The notes under the pieces: model-generated
Seen by the model: the letters and a program-made list of their open reading frames with translations, nothing else
Databases searched by the model: none
Told to the model about the DNA's origin: nothing
Assembly (NCBI RefSeq): GCF_964355755.1
Contig: NC_092670.1
Span: forward strand, 38,490,388 to 38,554,387
Reading direction: 5' to 3'
Length of the DNA: 64,000 bases
From: Antedon mediterranea
Taxonomy: Eukaryota > Animalia > Echinodermata
Shown: one piece after another, positions 38,601 to 49,496 of the stretch
Layout of the letters: each line of letters opens with the position of its first letter
How positions within the stretch are numbered: the first letter of the stretch is position 1
Made by a program: the position numbers and the translations under genes

Positions 38601-41496
38601 ACTGTTAAAAAAAAAAAAAAATGTGTTTATTGTATTGATGATATTCAATCTCTTTGTAGGTTTACTATTGACCTTAAAACTGTATTATGGATTCTTTAAA
38701 TATTTTAATTTTATTTTGTTTTTTAATATTATTTATTATTTATTACCGCAGTTCACATCACCATTCTCATCAATGCATTATAATAACATTACAGTTTGGC
38801 GTTCCATATATTTTAACTTTTCGTTTAAGGCAAGCACTGGGCACAACTGATTAATTAACTTTTAATATTTATCTATGTTTCTAGTTTTTTTATTTGACAA
38901 TGATAAATGAATATTGAAAAGGGAAAAGATACCTTCTATGAAAAATGTCCATCAGTCCGTGATGATTCCGTGTCACATTGTACCAGGGAGATTTACATCT
39001 CCCTGATTGTACCGTGTTTACATTCTAAATACCCCCATATAAACTTCAAATTGAGTGCAGCCTCCCATACAAAATAACTACGCCCTCAATCTGGTAATAA
39101 TTCACTCAGGCAATAAAAAACTAACTTGAAAAGTATAAATAATTAATTGTCCTACTAGAATTATTGTGTACGCTTGGTGAATGTGCGACAGAGTAGATAT
39201 AAAAATCGCCACTTTTTTTTTAAAATAAACAAGGGGAAATATATACGTTTTAACACTACATACTGGTTAAATTTATTTATTTTTAAAATGTAGAGGACAC
39301 CCTATTAAGGAAACCGGGTACTTTTTAGTGAGCCACAATGGTAGATTGCGAGAGGTAGTGGTCCTTTAAAATAGGTGGTCACTTACGAAAGATGTGGTCG
39401 ATAAGGGAGGTGGTCGCTTACGATATGTGATCGATTATGAGAAGCGGTCTCCTAACAGAGAGGTCGTTTATTAGAAGTGGTCACTTAAGAGAGGTGATTT
39501 ATACAAGAGTTGGTATATTATGAGAAGCGGTCCATTTAGAGATATGGTGGTCTTCTAAAAGAGATCATCACTTACGAGAGGCGGTCGAAAATAAAAAGCG
39601 GTCGCTTACGAGAGTTGTGGTTGTTAAGAGAGGTGGTCGCTTACTACGAGAGGTGGTCGATTATGAGAAGCGGTCCATAATGAGAGGATGTGATCACTTA
39701 CAATAGTTGGTCGATTATGGGAAGCGATCCCTTAACAGAGACGATGGCCGTTTAATAGAGGTGGTCACCCAAAAAAGTTGTCGTTACGAGAGAGGAAGTC
39801 GATTATTTGAAACGGTCCCTTAAAAGAGTTGGTTGCTTACGATGTGTGGTCGTTTTAGAAAGTTGGTCGGTTACGAGACGTGGATAGATGGATAGCTAAG
39901 TAAACAGATGCATTTGCACATGATTTAGACATTTAGGTTTGTAAAATATATATTTTCTACATTAGCTGGCGATAGTCCTACATTAGCTGGGATGCAATTT
40001 TCGTTCCTACATTCGTTGTTGATCGTTCTACATGGTGTTAATTTTTTTCATTACATAAGCTGCAGGTGGTTTTACTCCATTACCGGGGGATTGGAAACTA
40101 GTTTTGTTATTGAAAATGCGTTTTTTTTAAAGAAGTATTCCCTAAAAAAAAATGTAATAATCCACTTTAAAGTTACATAATAAAAGTCTTCTTCCTTACC
40201 TTTTTTTTTGTCAAATTGTGTTTTCTTTCATAAGTATACATTTTAAACGAACGAAAGTTAATACTGATATGGCTTTTTGCATTATGAATGAGCAACTAAT
40301 ATTGAACATATTTATTATACCAAGACCTGAATAAGTTTTCATTCGGGAAGTATTTGTATCACTATTTAAAACTAAGATATCTCTCATGAGGGATATCTCT
40401 ATATTACTTACTTACCAAGATATTTAGAATGGAAGATTCTTGTCCCATTCGGAATATCACAAGTGGATTTTTTTCTGTGTTAGTTATGCAGTGGGCACGT
40501 GTAGAGTACCGTATATGAACTGTTATAAAACTAAAACATTACTATTATAGATAGAGCTAGTTGTACTGTATTCTTCTTGGTTTTTCGAGGTGTAATAAGC
40601 CTACAAAAAAATATCTATTAACATAGATATTTCTTTTAAAAAGTAAGACATCTTAGTTTTCAATTGAAATAATCTATCTTTATTAAAAGAGATATCTTAA
40701 TTTTGAACTAAAGATATATGCGTTGTGTAGCACTGTGTAAATTATATAATAATAATCTGTCAAATTATTGAAACAGTGCTCATATTCGGAACATTTTTGA
40801 TTAATTATTGAATGCCAATATATGTTTTGTATTTTTTACATGTGGTATTTTATGTTCAACTTCAATATATTTATACAATTAATTGCGATAATATATTGAG
40901 TAGAAATTATTATCGACTTAACATATTTTTCATTCATGGAGGTATAAAAATATGTTTGAATCTATATATAAAATACTAACTTCATAATGTACACGGTCAT
41001 TATACATTTTTCAATTGATAAGTATTAGTTATTATTCATTTAATTCATTCATTTAATCATTTGTTTCGAATTCTGTGGTCCACAGAAAGTAAAATTACGT
41101 ATAAAATCATTTAAAAACAATGCTGTACTAATTACTAATACTCATCTCAGGATGGCATTCCACCTGGCCAAACATATAAACAGTTTTAAAGTCACCCAGA
41201 AACTTATCGAAGCTTAAATATTATTTAATTGACAAACTTTAAACTTACGTTTTGTTGACACCCAAGTGACCACCATGTGCCTGCTTATGGATACTGTTTA
41301 ACACTTCGTTTTTTTCTTTCGGTAACAATACACGCAACAATCTACCAGAATGTTGTTTGTAATACAAGATATCACGAAGAATTGTAAAGTTCTTGGCTTT
41401 CCGTCGCAAACTTCGTTTTAATATTTCAGAATAATTTACAGGATAAACGTTGTTTTGTAGATAGTTTCTCAAGGCATCAAACTCATGATCGGCCAT
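35673..41496 (-). CDS. Ginger1/GIN-like transposase (Gypsy-type integrase) fused to an OTU cysteine protease domain; 3 exons, 847 aa
   Basis: Exons 41496-41249 (248 nt), 38601-38402 (200 nt) and 37768-35673 (2096 nt) total 2544 nt in frame. Junctions read GHLGVNKT/WKKIRERYYW and TENG/NRYLLVFTEYLTKWVEA. Motifs: YPYY-like N-terminus (YLQNNVYP...LYY), H-H-C-C, GMDIVGP / ITDQGREF / GQTERFN (D,D,E), WTGPY, then RGDGNCLFRALS...WGSDIEI...AHFEPV (OTU). Confidence 0.92.
39340..40095 (+). repeat. Single-arm copy of the same GAGAGGTGGTCG repeat family in transposase intron 1
   Basis: TTACGAGACGTGGATAGATGGATAGCTA and the following sequence are shared with 43801-43930. Confidence 0.75.
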
Positions 41497-41721
41497 AATG
41501 ATAATAAGTAAAAATAGAAAGAAGGCAGATTGTAACGAACAACACCGTGATTGGAACTTTGCAAGCAAAGTGAATGATTTTTTAAATGTAGGAGGTTTTG
41601 AACAAACATTGAGCCAATCAGCTTCTTGCTACATTTGTTTTAACCAATTGCCGATTAGAAGAAAGAGCAAACAGTTTTGTCAGGTGTAGGCCTATAATTT
41701 AAACTTTGTGCCTTAAGTGGA

Positions 41722-42151
41722 TGTCACGAACTCCTTTTACGTATGTTTCCGAGCGGTTGAAAATACTTTAGAAACTCCCTTGTGACATAAAAGTATACAC
41801 ACCAAATTCACAAAGTTGTAAAATAACTCAAAAACAAATCTTTAATTTCAATCAACTTCAACTTTCAACAACCCAGTAAGCATTTTAAACAACAGCTTCA
41901 CAATAACTTTTACAATCTAATATCCAACCTCTAATATCCAACAACATGACAATAGTTTTACATCCCTTTATATACAAGATGTTCCTATCCTTCTATATCA
42001 TTCTTTATACTTCTTATTCTATTTGATTACAGTTTCTATTAATAGCATACTGGAATGTTCCTGATTGTTATTATATTAATTATACATGATGTCTTAAATG
42101 TAAACATCTTATTCTAGAATGTTCATGGTTAGGGAATGGTAATTTATTACA
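41722..42151 (-). mobile_element. Probable solo LTR (430 bp)
   Basis: The minus strand reads TGTAATAA...GTGACA (TG...CA), with TATATAAAGGG near 41970 and a downstream ATTAAA. Flanks GTGGA / GTGGC form a 5-bp duplication with one mismatch. No adjacent PBS or internal region. Confidence 0.65.
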
Positions 42152-43029
42152 GTGGCAAGTACACAAAAAATGAGAGAAAAAAACTATTGGAGGGAAATGC
42201 CATTTATTAAATTAAATTTCGAAGATACTCTTATTGGTAAACGCTTCAGTCGTTCTATTACACAATAAATAGCACATTCAGATAGGAGTATAAAATATAA
42301 TCATATAGTTATTCTTTATTACATATTATAAGTTCATCTCAAATTATATTATAATATTAATTGAAATTGTATTTAAATTTGTATCCGTTTTTGTCGACAG
42401 GACCACAATGCAAAACAAGTATATTTCTACTTGATTGTGTATAATCCTATATAAATATGTTGTTAAATAAATAAAATAATATTAAATAGTAATCTACGTA
42501 AAATAATATTATAGTACATAAGTTCGTATTAAAACCGTTCAGGCTATGAGGCAACCCCCGCTCCCTGTATATTAAATAGAAACATTTTTTATAATACTTA
42601 TACTAGAATCATATACTAATTTATTTAGTTATTTTTTAAAATAAGAGAATTAAATTACGTAACATACTGTGGTATATAATTCTTGTAATGAAATCATATT
42701 CATGGTAAGCGTAATCTTAATTTGAGATATGGCAAGTTCGCACCCCTTCTCCTGACAAATAACAGATGACAGTTAACACGACTACCGGTAATTAATATCT
42801 CCCGAGAGCCGCTGTTTTGAGGTTGACCTGACAATTGTGGCCTGAGTTATGGGACATTACCCTTGCTGGACATCTGGTAAAAATAAATACTGATTATGCT
42901 GCCACTTTAGTACACAAAACAATAAATAAAAAAAAATAAAAAAACACAACTTGTGGCATTTCCTTTACACTAGTCCCTGTTCAAAACCGCTAGTGTAGAA
43001 AACGGCAGCAAATGTCGTCGAAACTGTCA

Positions 43030-44010
43030 AATCCACCCATGTAGTAAAACCTAGAACTAGCTAATGTAGAAACACCAACAGTTATTTATTAAATAAAAAT
43101 CAACATTAGCTAATATACAACTTAACAGGTAATGAAGTAACGAAAATTGCCTCACAGCTGATGTAGTTAATATCGCCAGCTAATAAAATAATAATTATAT
43201 ATTTTATAAACCTAAATGTCTAAATCATGTGCAAATGTATTTCTCTACTTAGTTTAGCTGTCAGTCTATCCACCTCTCGTAAGTGATCGGCTTTCAAAAC
43301 GTAGCACTCTGATCGTAAGCAACTACCCTTGTTAGCGACCACCTTTAATATTTAAAAGGGACTACCTCTGTTAAAGGACCGCTTCTCACAATGGACAACT
43401 TCCTGAAGGGGTAACCTCCTCTCATAAGGGACTGCTTTTCATAAACTACCACCGCTCGTAGACGACCACTTCTTTTACCGACTACACCTCCCGTAAGTGA
43501 CCACCTCAATAGAGGTGGTAATTTGCGAAAGGTGGTCGTTACGGATGGTAGTCGATTATGAGAAGTGGTCCCAGTGGAGAGGTGGACGTTTTTTTTTATA
43601 GAGAGGTCGACACTTTAGGCGTGGTCGTTAAGAGAGGTAGTCCGTCATGAGGTTGATTATGAGAAGCCGAGGTGGTGGTCCTTTAAAATAGCTCGTCCTT
43701 GACGAGTGGTGTGGTCGTTAAGAGATGGTGGGCGATTATCAGAGACGGTGGTCGTTCAATAGAGGTGGTTACTTACTAGAAGTGGTTGTTGGTTGGTCAC
43801 TTACGAGACGTGGATAGATGGATAGCTACCGGTAAGTAAAGAAATGCATTTTCACATGATGTAGACAGGTTTTTAAATTATACAATATTTTCAACATTAG
43901 CTGTGAGGCAATTTTCGTTACTACATTATCTGCTGACCGTTCTAAATTAGCTGGTGTTGATTTTAAAAATTGATACATAAGCTGTTGGTATTTCTGGTAT
44001 TAGCTGGTGG
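43030..44010. repeat. ~1-kb degenerate palindrome built from GAGAGGTGGTCG-type subrepeats (foldback/MITE-like)
   Basis: The CACCTC-rich left arm switches to a GAGGTG-rich right arm at CCACCTCAATAGAGGTGG (~43510). GAAAATTGCCTCACAGCT (43142) is inverted as AGCTGTGAGGCAATTTTC (~43900). Confidence 0.75.
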
Positions 44011-44554
44011 TTTCTATGTTTATATGTCCATATAAAACAAAAATACAACCGCGATTTTTTAAACTCAGCTGCATGTACAGACATTGTGGCAAAGACGTTT
44101 TAAACGCTTCATTTCAATATAAGCCATTATTCTATGAATTTGATGTATAACGGTATTGGACTGTTTGTATTGGGAACGAAATACCCTAATATTCGAAAAA
44201 AACAAAAAACCGAAATACCCTTGAGTGAACGAATAATTATGATGCGCAATTAAGGTGTTTATTTTGCCATATAAAATATAAAAAACAAATATTTTTTGGT
44301 AATATGCATCAACAATATTTTTCAAATGTATTTTAGATAAATAAATAAATAATGTAAAGTCTCTAGAAACAAAGCAAATATTGTGACTAACCAATTCAAT
44401 GTTTTATTAAATAAAAACAAAAATCAGGCATCTGTGAAAAAAATATAATGAAAAAGAACTGACTTTAACAATGACGAACTTACTTGTTTAAAGAACTTTT
44501 GTTATCAGTTGATATTATTAAATTAGTAGCAGTATTATGAATATTACAAAATAA

Positions 44555-44840
44555 TATTTTGAGAACTGAAAAATATTTTGAGGGAACGAATATATTTAGG
44601 GAGAACAAAATAAGATTTCAAGAACTGAATAATATAAAAAACGAATTACTACTTCGAGACAAGGAATGATGATGATGATGATGATGATGATCGAGAGAAC
44701 GAAATAATTTCGAGGGAAATTATTTCGTTCTCTCGCGAAGTAGTAATTCGAATTTCGAATGAAATAATATTTCGAGATAACGAAATAGGTAGGCCCTATG
44801 CCTATATGATTTAGTGATATTCATTCCCTCGAAATAATAA
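44555..44840. repeat. Degenerate short-unit repeat with inverted arrangement (GAGAACGAAATAATATTTC)
   Basis: Several direct copies followed by inverted copies (TATTTCGTTCTCTCG) near the right end of the Ginger element. Confidence 0.6.
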
Positions 44841-46512
44841 TACAGTAGGCTATATATTTTTCAAGTTGTCGATTTACTTCAAATTGACAACAGGTTGTAT
44901 ATACTCAATCAAAAACAAACAATTTAATTTGATTAGACTATATGTCTCCAGATATAATAATAGTAATATTTATTTCAATCCACTTGATATTTTGCGATTC
45001 AAGTTGGTATTCTAAGGAATTATAATTACCCTAACGGGAGTTGGTGAACGTCCAGTGCCCTAGTTTTTACGGGGTTAATATGATGTCGATGTCTCGATGG
45101 TCCTACTTTTTTATCGATGAAAGCTGCCCGGGTGGTTGCGGCCATTTTCAACAGCTAGTATTACAATATTCAATGCTGAAAATTGTCCAGTGGACACTTT
45201 CAAACACCGGACAGATTTAAATCTTACACCGGCCAGGACCAATGATACTCGTAATCAGTACAACTTAACGACTATCGGATCAGCATCAACACAGCACAAC
45301 ACACGTCTCGCTATATCGCCTATACTGACACACGTGTCTCGCGTTGCCGAAACCACGCTCACAGCTAGAAAATGTACCTACCTTTCGAGGCCTGAGAATA
45401 CACCAATAAATTTTGAACAGGATAGAAATATATCATACTCGATTAAACTAATATTATTCTTGATAAAACAATTGATTATAATTTGTTTAATTTGTTGGGA
45501 TGCACCTCCGACTATTCAGAAAATGGACAACAAAACAGTAGTCAAATCGTACCACATTTATAAATTTCACGAGTCCCGACTTCAGTCGCCGAATGTATTG
45601 TATTAGCTTCGGCTTCTTTGAAGGAAACCGATTGGTTATTCAATTATACTTATTAGGAAATGCTTTTACCATAATAGGTAATGTTGGGCGGTTCTTAAAT
45701 ATTCATGAGAGCTTAAAATAAAACAGCACTTATTTGCTAGGCGACGAAAAATCATGGTTTCAGTTTTCAACGATAGGTGGCGCTTCAAAATCGTCAATGC
45801 GGAAGTAAGTCGATTTTACACGATTTAACGGTCAAAACGCGAAGTGGCTTTCCCACTGCTACCACCCAATATGTATAGACTTACTTGCCCTAAGTCTGCA
45901 GTTATTTCGAGGTTTTTCGATGTTTCTGAAAAAGTTTACAAGCTCAAGTAGTATACGTATGAAACGCCATATGTGCCAAATATTTATCTTTTTACTAATA
46001 ATATTAAGTCAAACTCCGTCTGGAACCTAGACTGCCAATATTGGCTACGCTCCATTTCATTGCACATTGGCAAACTTGTTATTATAGTTTAATAGATCAA
46101 TATAAATTATAGTAAAGATTCAAAATTGCAAACAGCTTTCTTAAATGTCGTGTTTCTAACATTTCTGATGACAGTTAAGAACATCAGCCTCTAATTGCCA
46201 TAGACACGTGGTAATTGTAATAGACTACATATTTATGAATGATGATATTGTGCTAATGTAATATCCACTTACCGTATAAGATGAACTTGCGTTGTATTAA
46301 TGATGGATGGTTGCTATGTAAAATCTTATCTTTATCACGCGACATTTCTGCAAAAGTAAACCGAATGAAGAAGAATAAGTGATTAATATTTAAAGACGGG
46401 AACATCTTACGTAATATCATAAATAAACTAGAAAATTCGATTGCCATAATTCAATACTTACATGTGAGAAATGTTTAAAACAAGATATGGTAATTATGGA
46501 AGCAAACATTGA

Positions 46513-46822
46513 AGATGCATTGTCCCCAAAAAACATGAAAAATAAAGATTAATTAAATCAGACTTTGAATATGTTATTTTGTAGTTTTAATAAAGTTAAT
46601 CACTTCTGTAGAAAAAAAAACGAACATAATAATGTTTTCACTTATAAAATGACATAATAAATGGTTAAATTTAACCAAAAATCTATTCATTGGCTGCCAG
46701 CCAATTTGACAATTTTTCGCTTTAAATTACCGATTTTCATAATTACAGTATTATGGGACATTAAAATGGCATATTCAACAAAAACAATTTTAAAAATTAA
46801 TTTCCAGGGGGACAATACATCT
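46513..46822. mobile_element. MITE family D with AGATGTATTGTCCCC TIRs and TTAA-like flanks (possibly Kolobok-like)
   Basis: Ends AAGATGCATTGTCCCC ... GGGGACAATACATCTTTAA. Related copies at approximately 12080-12435, 18455-18745, 50205-50355, 58510-58828 and 61570-62083. Confidence 0.7.
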
Positions 46823-48261
46823 TTAATGTTAATGTTGTCACTGAAACGTAACAACAGCAGGGGCGATATTTAACTTTAAGAAATGGAAAATTCTATCGGT
46901 TCGATACTGCAAGCGTCATTAGATAGAACGTAACAGACTATTGCATGTCTAAGTAGATACATATCTAACTGTATTGAGTACTTTTAATACATGATACTGA
47001 TAGCAACATTTCTGAACACATTGTAACCTCAATGTAAACAAGAAATTTTTCTTACTGCTCGACTTTTTGACGTAACAGTCTTCTTCATTAAATAATGCTA
47101 AAAAGGCGCGAAAATGTATATTACAGACAATGATATAGACACTAACCAATATTTCGTTTGCTACTACCTCACTTGTATTTAAACTGATAATCATTTGAAT
47201 TATCCACCCATCCTTATTCTATTCAGATAAACATGGGGATTATAATACTGTTTTCACATTGCCTAGTAAAAGTTTACATCCGAGGCTTTTACACCGGCGT
47301 GTTTGCAACCCGGTGCGTGTGTGTATAGGAGTTTTGCTAGACGTTGTGAATGTGGTGTATATCTATAGAAGTGTGGAATATTTACATTTATTTACACCTA
47401 AATAAATAAGGCTATATTTCATCATTCACCTCGTGCCATTTGTTGTGACGTCTATAGTCTTTTGAGGGAAGACAACATGTGGGTTGGTTTGAATAGAAAA
47501 AGTATTTGTAACGAGGAATTCCGGGCAGGAGGTTGTGCACAACGAATGAATAAAGTGAACGGTACAGAGTAGAATATGCTGCGTATTTATTGTGTAAGCA
47601 TAACACATTTATTTGTGCCATTACACTCATAACCATTCATTATTTATATACTATTCTGTAGTAGGATGAGACGCAGGCACTGGTGAAGATTATAGTGTAT
47701 ATTGATGTTAAATTCTTAATATTAATTTATATTTATAAGGGAAATACTGATATGTCTCCGAATTTGTGCTTTTATGGAATTAACTCAATTGAAACAGTTA
47801 TGCTTCTTGATTATATTAACTACAATACATACAAAATATGCCCTCATATTTCCATTCAATTCTACAATTGATACAACAATAACAATAATGTTGACAAGAT
47901 AAGCACAGTTTATTATAATAAGCCTAATAAATAATATACGCATGATTGCAAAACGATTTATTGAAAAAAATATGTATGCTTTAATTGCGACTAGACTAGA
48001 CCTTTTTTTCAAATAATCACAGTATGACGTTTGGTATTGTAGGCATTCGGGCCTATTGCGTTTGTAGCGAACGGGTCTTTGTGAGGGATCCCTAACATTT
48101 GTCCCCATCAGTATAGGTCTAATTCATTAAACCATTGGAACCACGATCACAAAACTTGACAATACCATAGATATATTATATAAGATCTCTATGATAATAC
48201 ATAAGCGGACAGCTAACTGTAGTGTGAACTGGCATAAAAAGTATATTTACTACTTCTTAAT

Positions 48262-49496
48262 TTATAAACAGACGTCTAGCATTTGCTTAATGTCAAAGGT
48301 TAAATCAGCTTTTTCAATTTCAAACGATACATCGATTTCATCAATACTTTCATAGCGATTCGAGTGTAATGTCCTATTTGCTTTAGTCTTTCCCTTATGG
48401 TCTCCAAGATCGTGCATGTTGTTCCATTTACTATAGGTTATTGGCGACTCAAATTCGTCCATATTGGCGTCACTATCTTCCATTTTTAACTGGTGTATCG
48501 TTTTACGGATGTCCATCAATTGTGTTATAAGTTGTTGGTCCATAGCGCGCATATCAATCTGTAAAAGTGGAAAATATCATGATTATTATACATTTTGGAA
48601 AAATTCCGAACGTTTTACAATATGTTATTTATATCAGCTGCTGCTTTTACGGATTTTTTCGAGAGCTTTTCCAACTTTCGTAAGCCTAATATGTGTTTAG
48701 GGTGATGTCGTGAATAAATTAGCCGAACTTCCGACAGCATAATAAATAAATCATCATGATTATTGTTTAAAAACATATTACGGTAAGTAGTCAATGATAC
48801 TATATATTTTATAGGAATATCAATCATGAAAAATATCATGATTTTTGTTTTAAAAAAATGTTACGGTTTTGTAGTCAATTATACTACAGTACTGTATATA
48901 TTCTATAGGAATTACAAACAAAAACCCGGGCACTAATTAGTTAGTTAGCATTAGTGTTTAAATCCTCCCGGATATAATAAGATTATCCTGCCGAGGCCTA
49001 TCTGAATAAGAAATCATCAAGACATTTCGAAAAACACCCCTCGTTTGTCAGAAACTATTGTTTTGACAGACTAATACGTAACTTTAAATATTTTTCGACT
49101 TTTCATACCATGAGCAAAAAAACTAAATGAAAGTAATTATGAAATAAATCTGTCTGTATAACTTACCAATTCTTTTCTTAGCCAAGAAATGGAACCTTGC
49201 AATTTAGCTAAGCGTTCTTTTCTACTTAATAAAGAAGTGTCATGATTCTCGTCATTTTCTTCGGTTGAGCTCCATCTTAAATCCAATATCTTCTTTCTTC
49301 TAAGTTCTCCAGGGGAGATTACAGGTGCACCAGATGGCAGGTCAGAAGAGGATACGACATTTGTGGATTCCTGGGTCATCAACGGACTTTTCTCTGGTAC
49401 TACGTTTACAGCGTAATCGCTTGACTTTTTACGGCTTCTTCGCGTTATGCCATCTAGTCCTAATGGTTTCATAACTTTCTGGAAAAACACAGACAT
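48262..49496 (-). CDS. FAM167-like coiled-coil protein, 2 exons (49496-49167, 48558-48262), 208 aa
   Basis: The splice junction TTG|gtaagt...ttacag|ATT joins SISWLRKEL to IDMRAMDQQLITQLMDIRKTIHQLKME, which resembles the FAM167/DUF3259 signature (WLRxEL.EMR..DQQLARQL..LR..I..LK.E). Confidence 0.75.

Larger units (their letters stand above)
29806..45228 (-). mobile_element. Ginger1-type DNA transposon, 15.4 kb, apparently autonomous
   Basis: Left end CCGG|TGTAAGATTGAAATGTGTCC...AAAGTGTCC...GGACACTTTTCAGCATTG; right end CAATGCTGAAAATTGTCC...GGACACTTT...GGACAGATTTAAATCTTACA|CCGG. This gives imperfect ~65-bp TIRs, TGT/ACA termini and a CCGG duplication (29802-29805, 45229-45232). It encodes a Gypsy-like integrase without gag or RT. 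Confidence 0.9.
28290..45858. mobile_element. Outer non-autonomous TIR element (about 2.1 kb of its own sequence) interrupted by the Ginger1 insertion; superfamily unassigned
   Basis: CTAC|CAGTGGGACAGCCA...AAATCGTGTCAAAT at the left and TTTTACACGATTT...TGGCTTTCCCACTG|CTAC at the right. A direct repeat GTTGGGATGCA(G/C)CTCCGACTATTCA is shared by both arms (28674 and 45494). Confidence 0.7.

Noticed and set aside
35673-41496. Domesticated host gene GIN1
   Set aside because: Intact TIRs, a TSD and nesting within another element indicate a transposon rather than a fixed host gene. Synteny was not checkable.
35673-42151. Gypsy LTR retrotransposon remnant (integrase plus LTR)
   Set aside because: No gag, protease, RT or RNase H. 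The integrase has its own ATG and spliceosomal introns and lies within TIRs with a CCGG duplication, and the single LTR has its own target duplication.
29801-45233. Reading the inverted repeat as starting at GGCCGG (GG-ended superfamily)
   Set aside because: No TSD flanks that boundary. CCGG is itself palindromic and is the expected Ginger1 duplication next to TGT.
45136-45606. 156-aa plus-strand ORF
   Set aside because: It spans the Ginger right TIR and the host element junction, has no ATG start and no recognisable motif.
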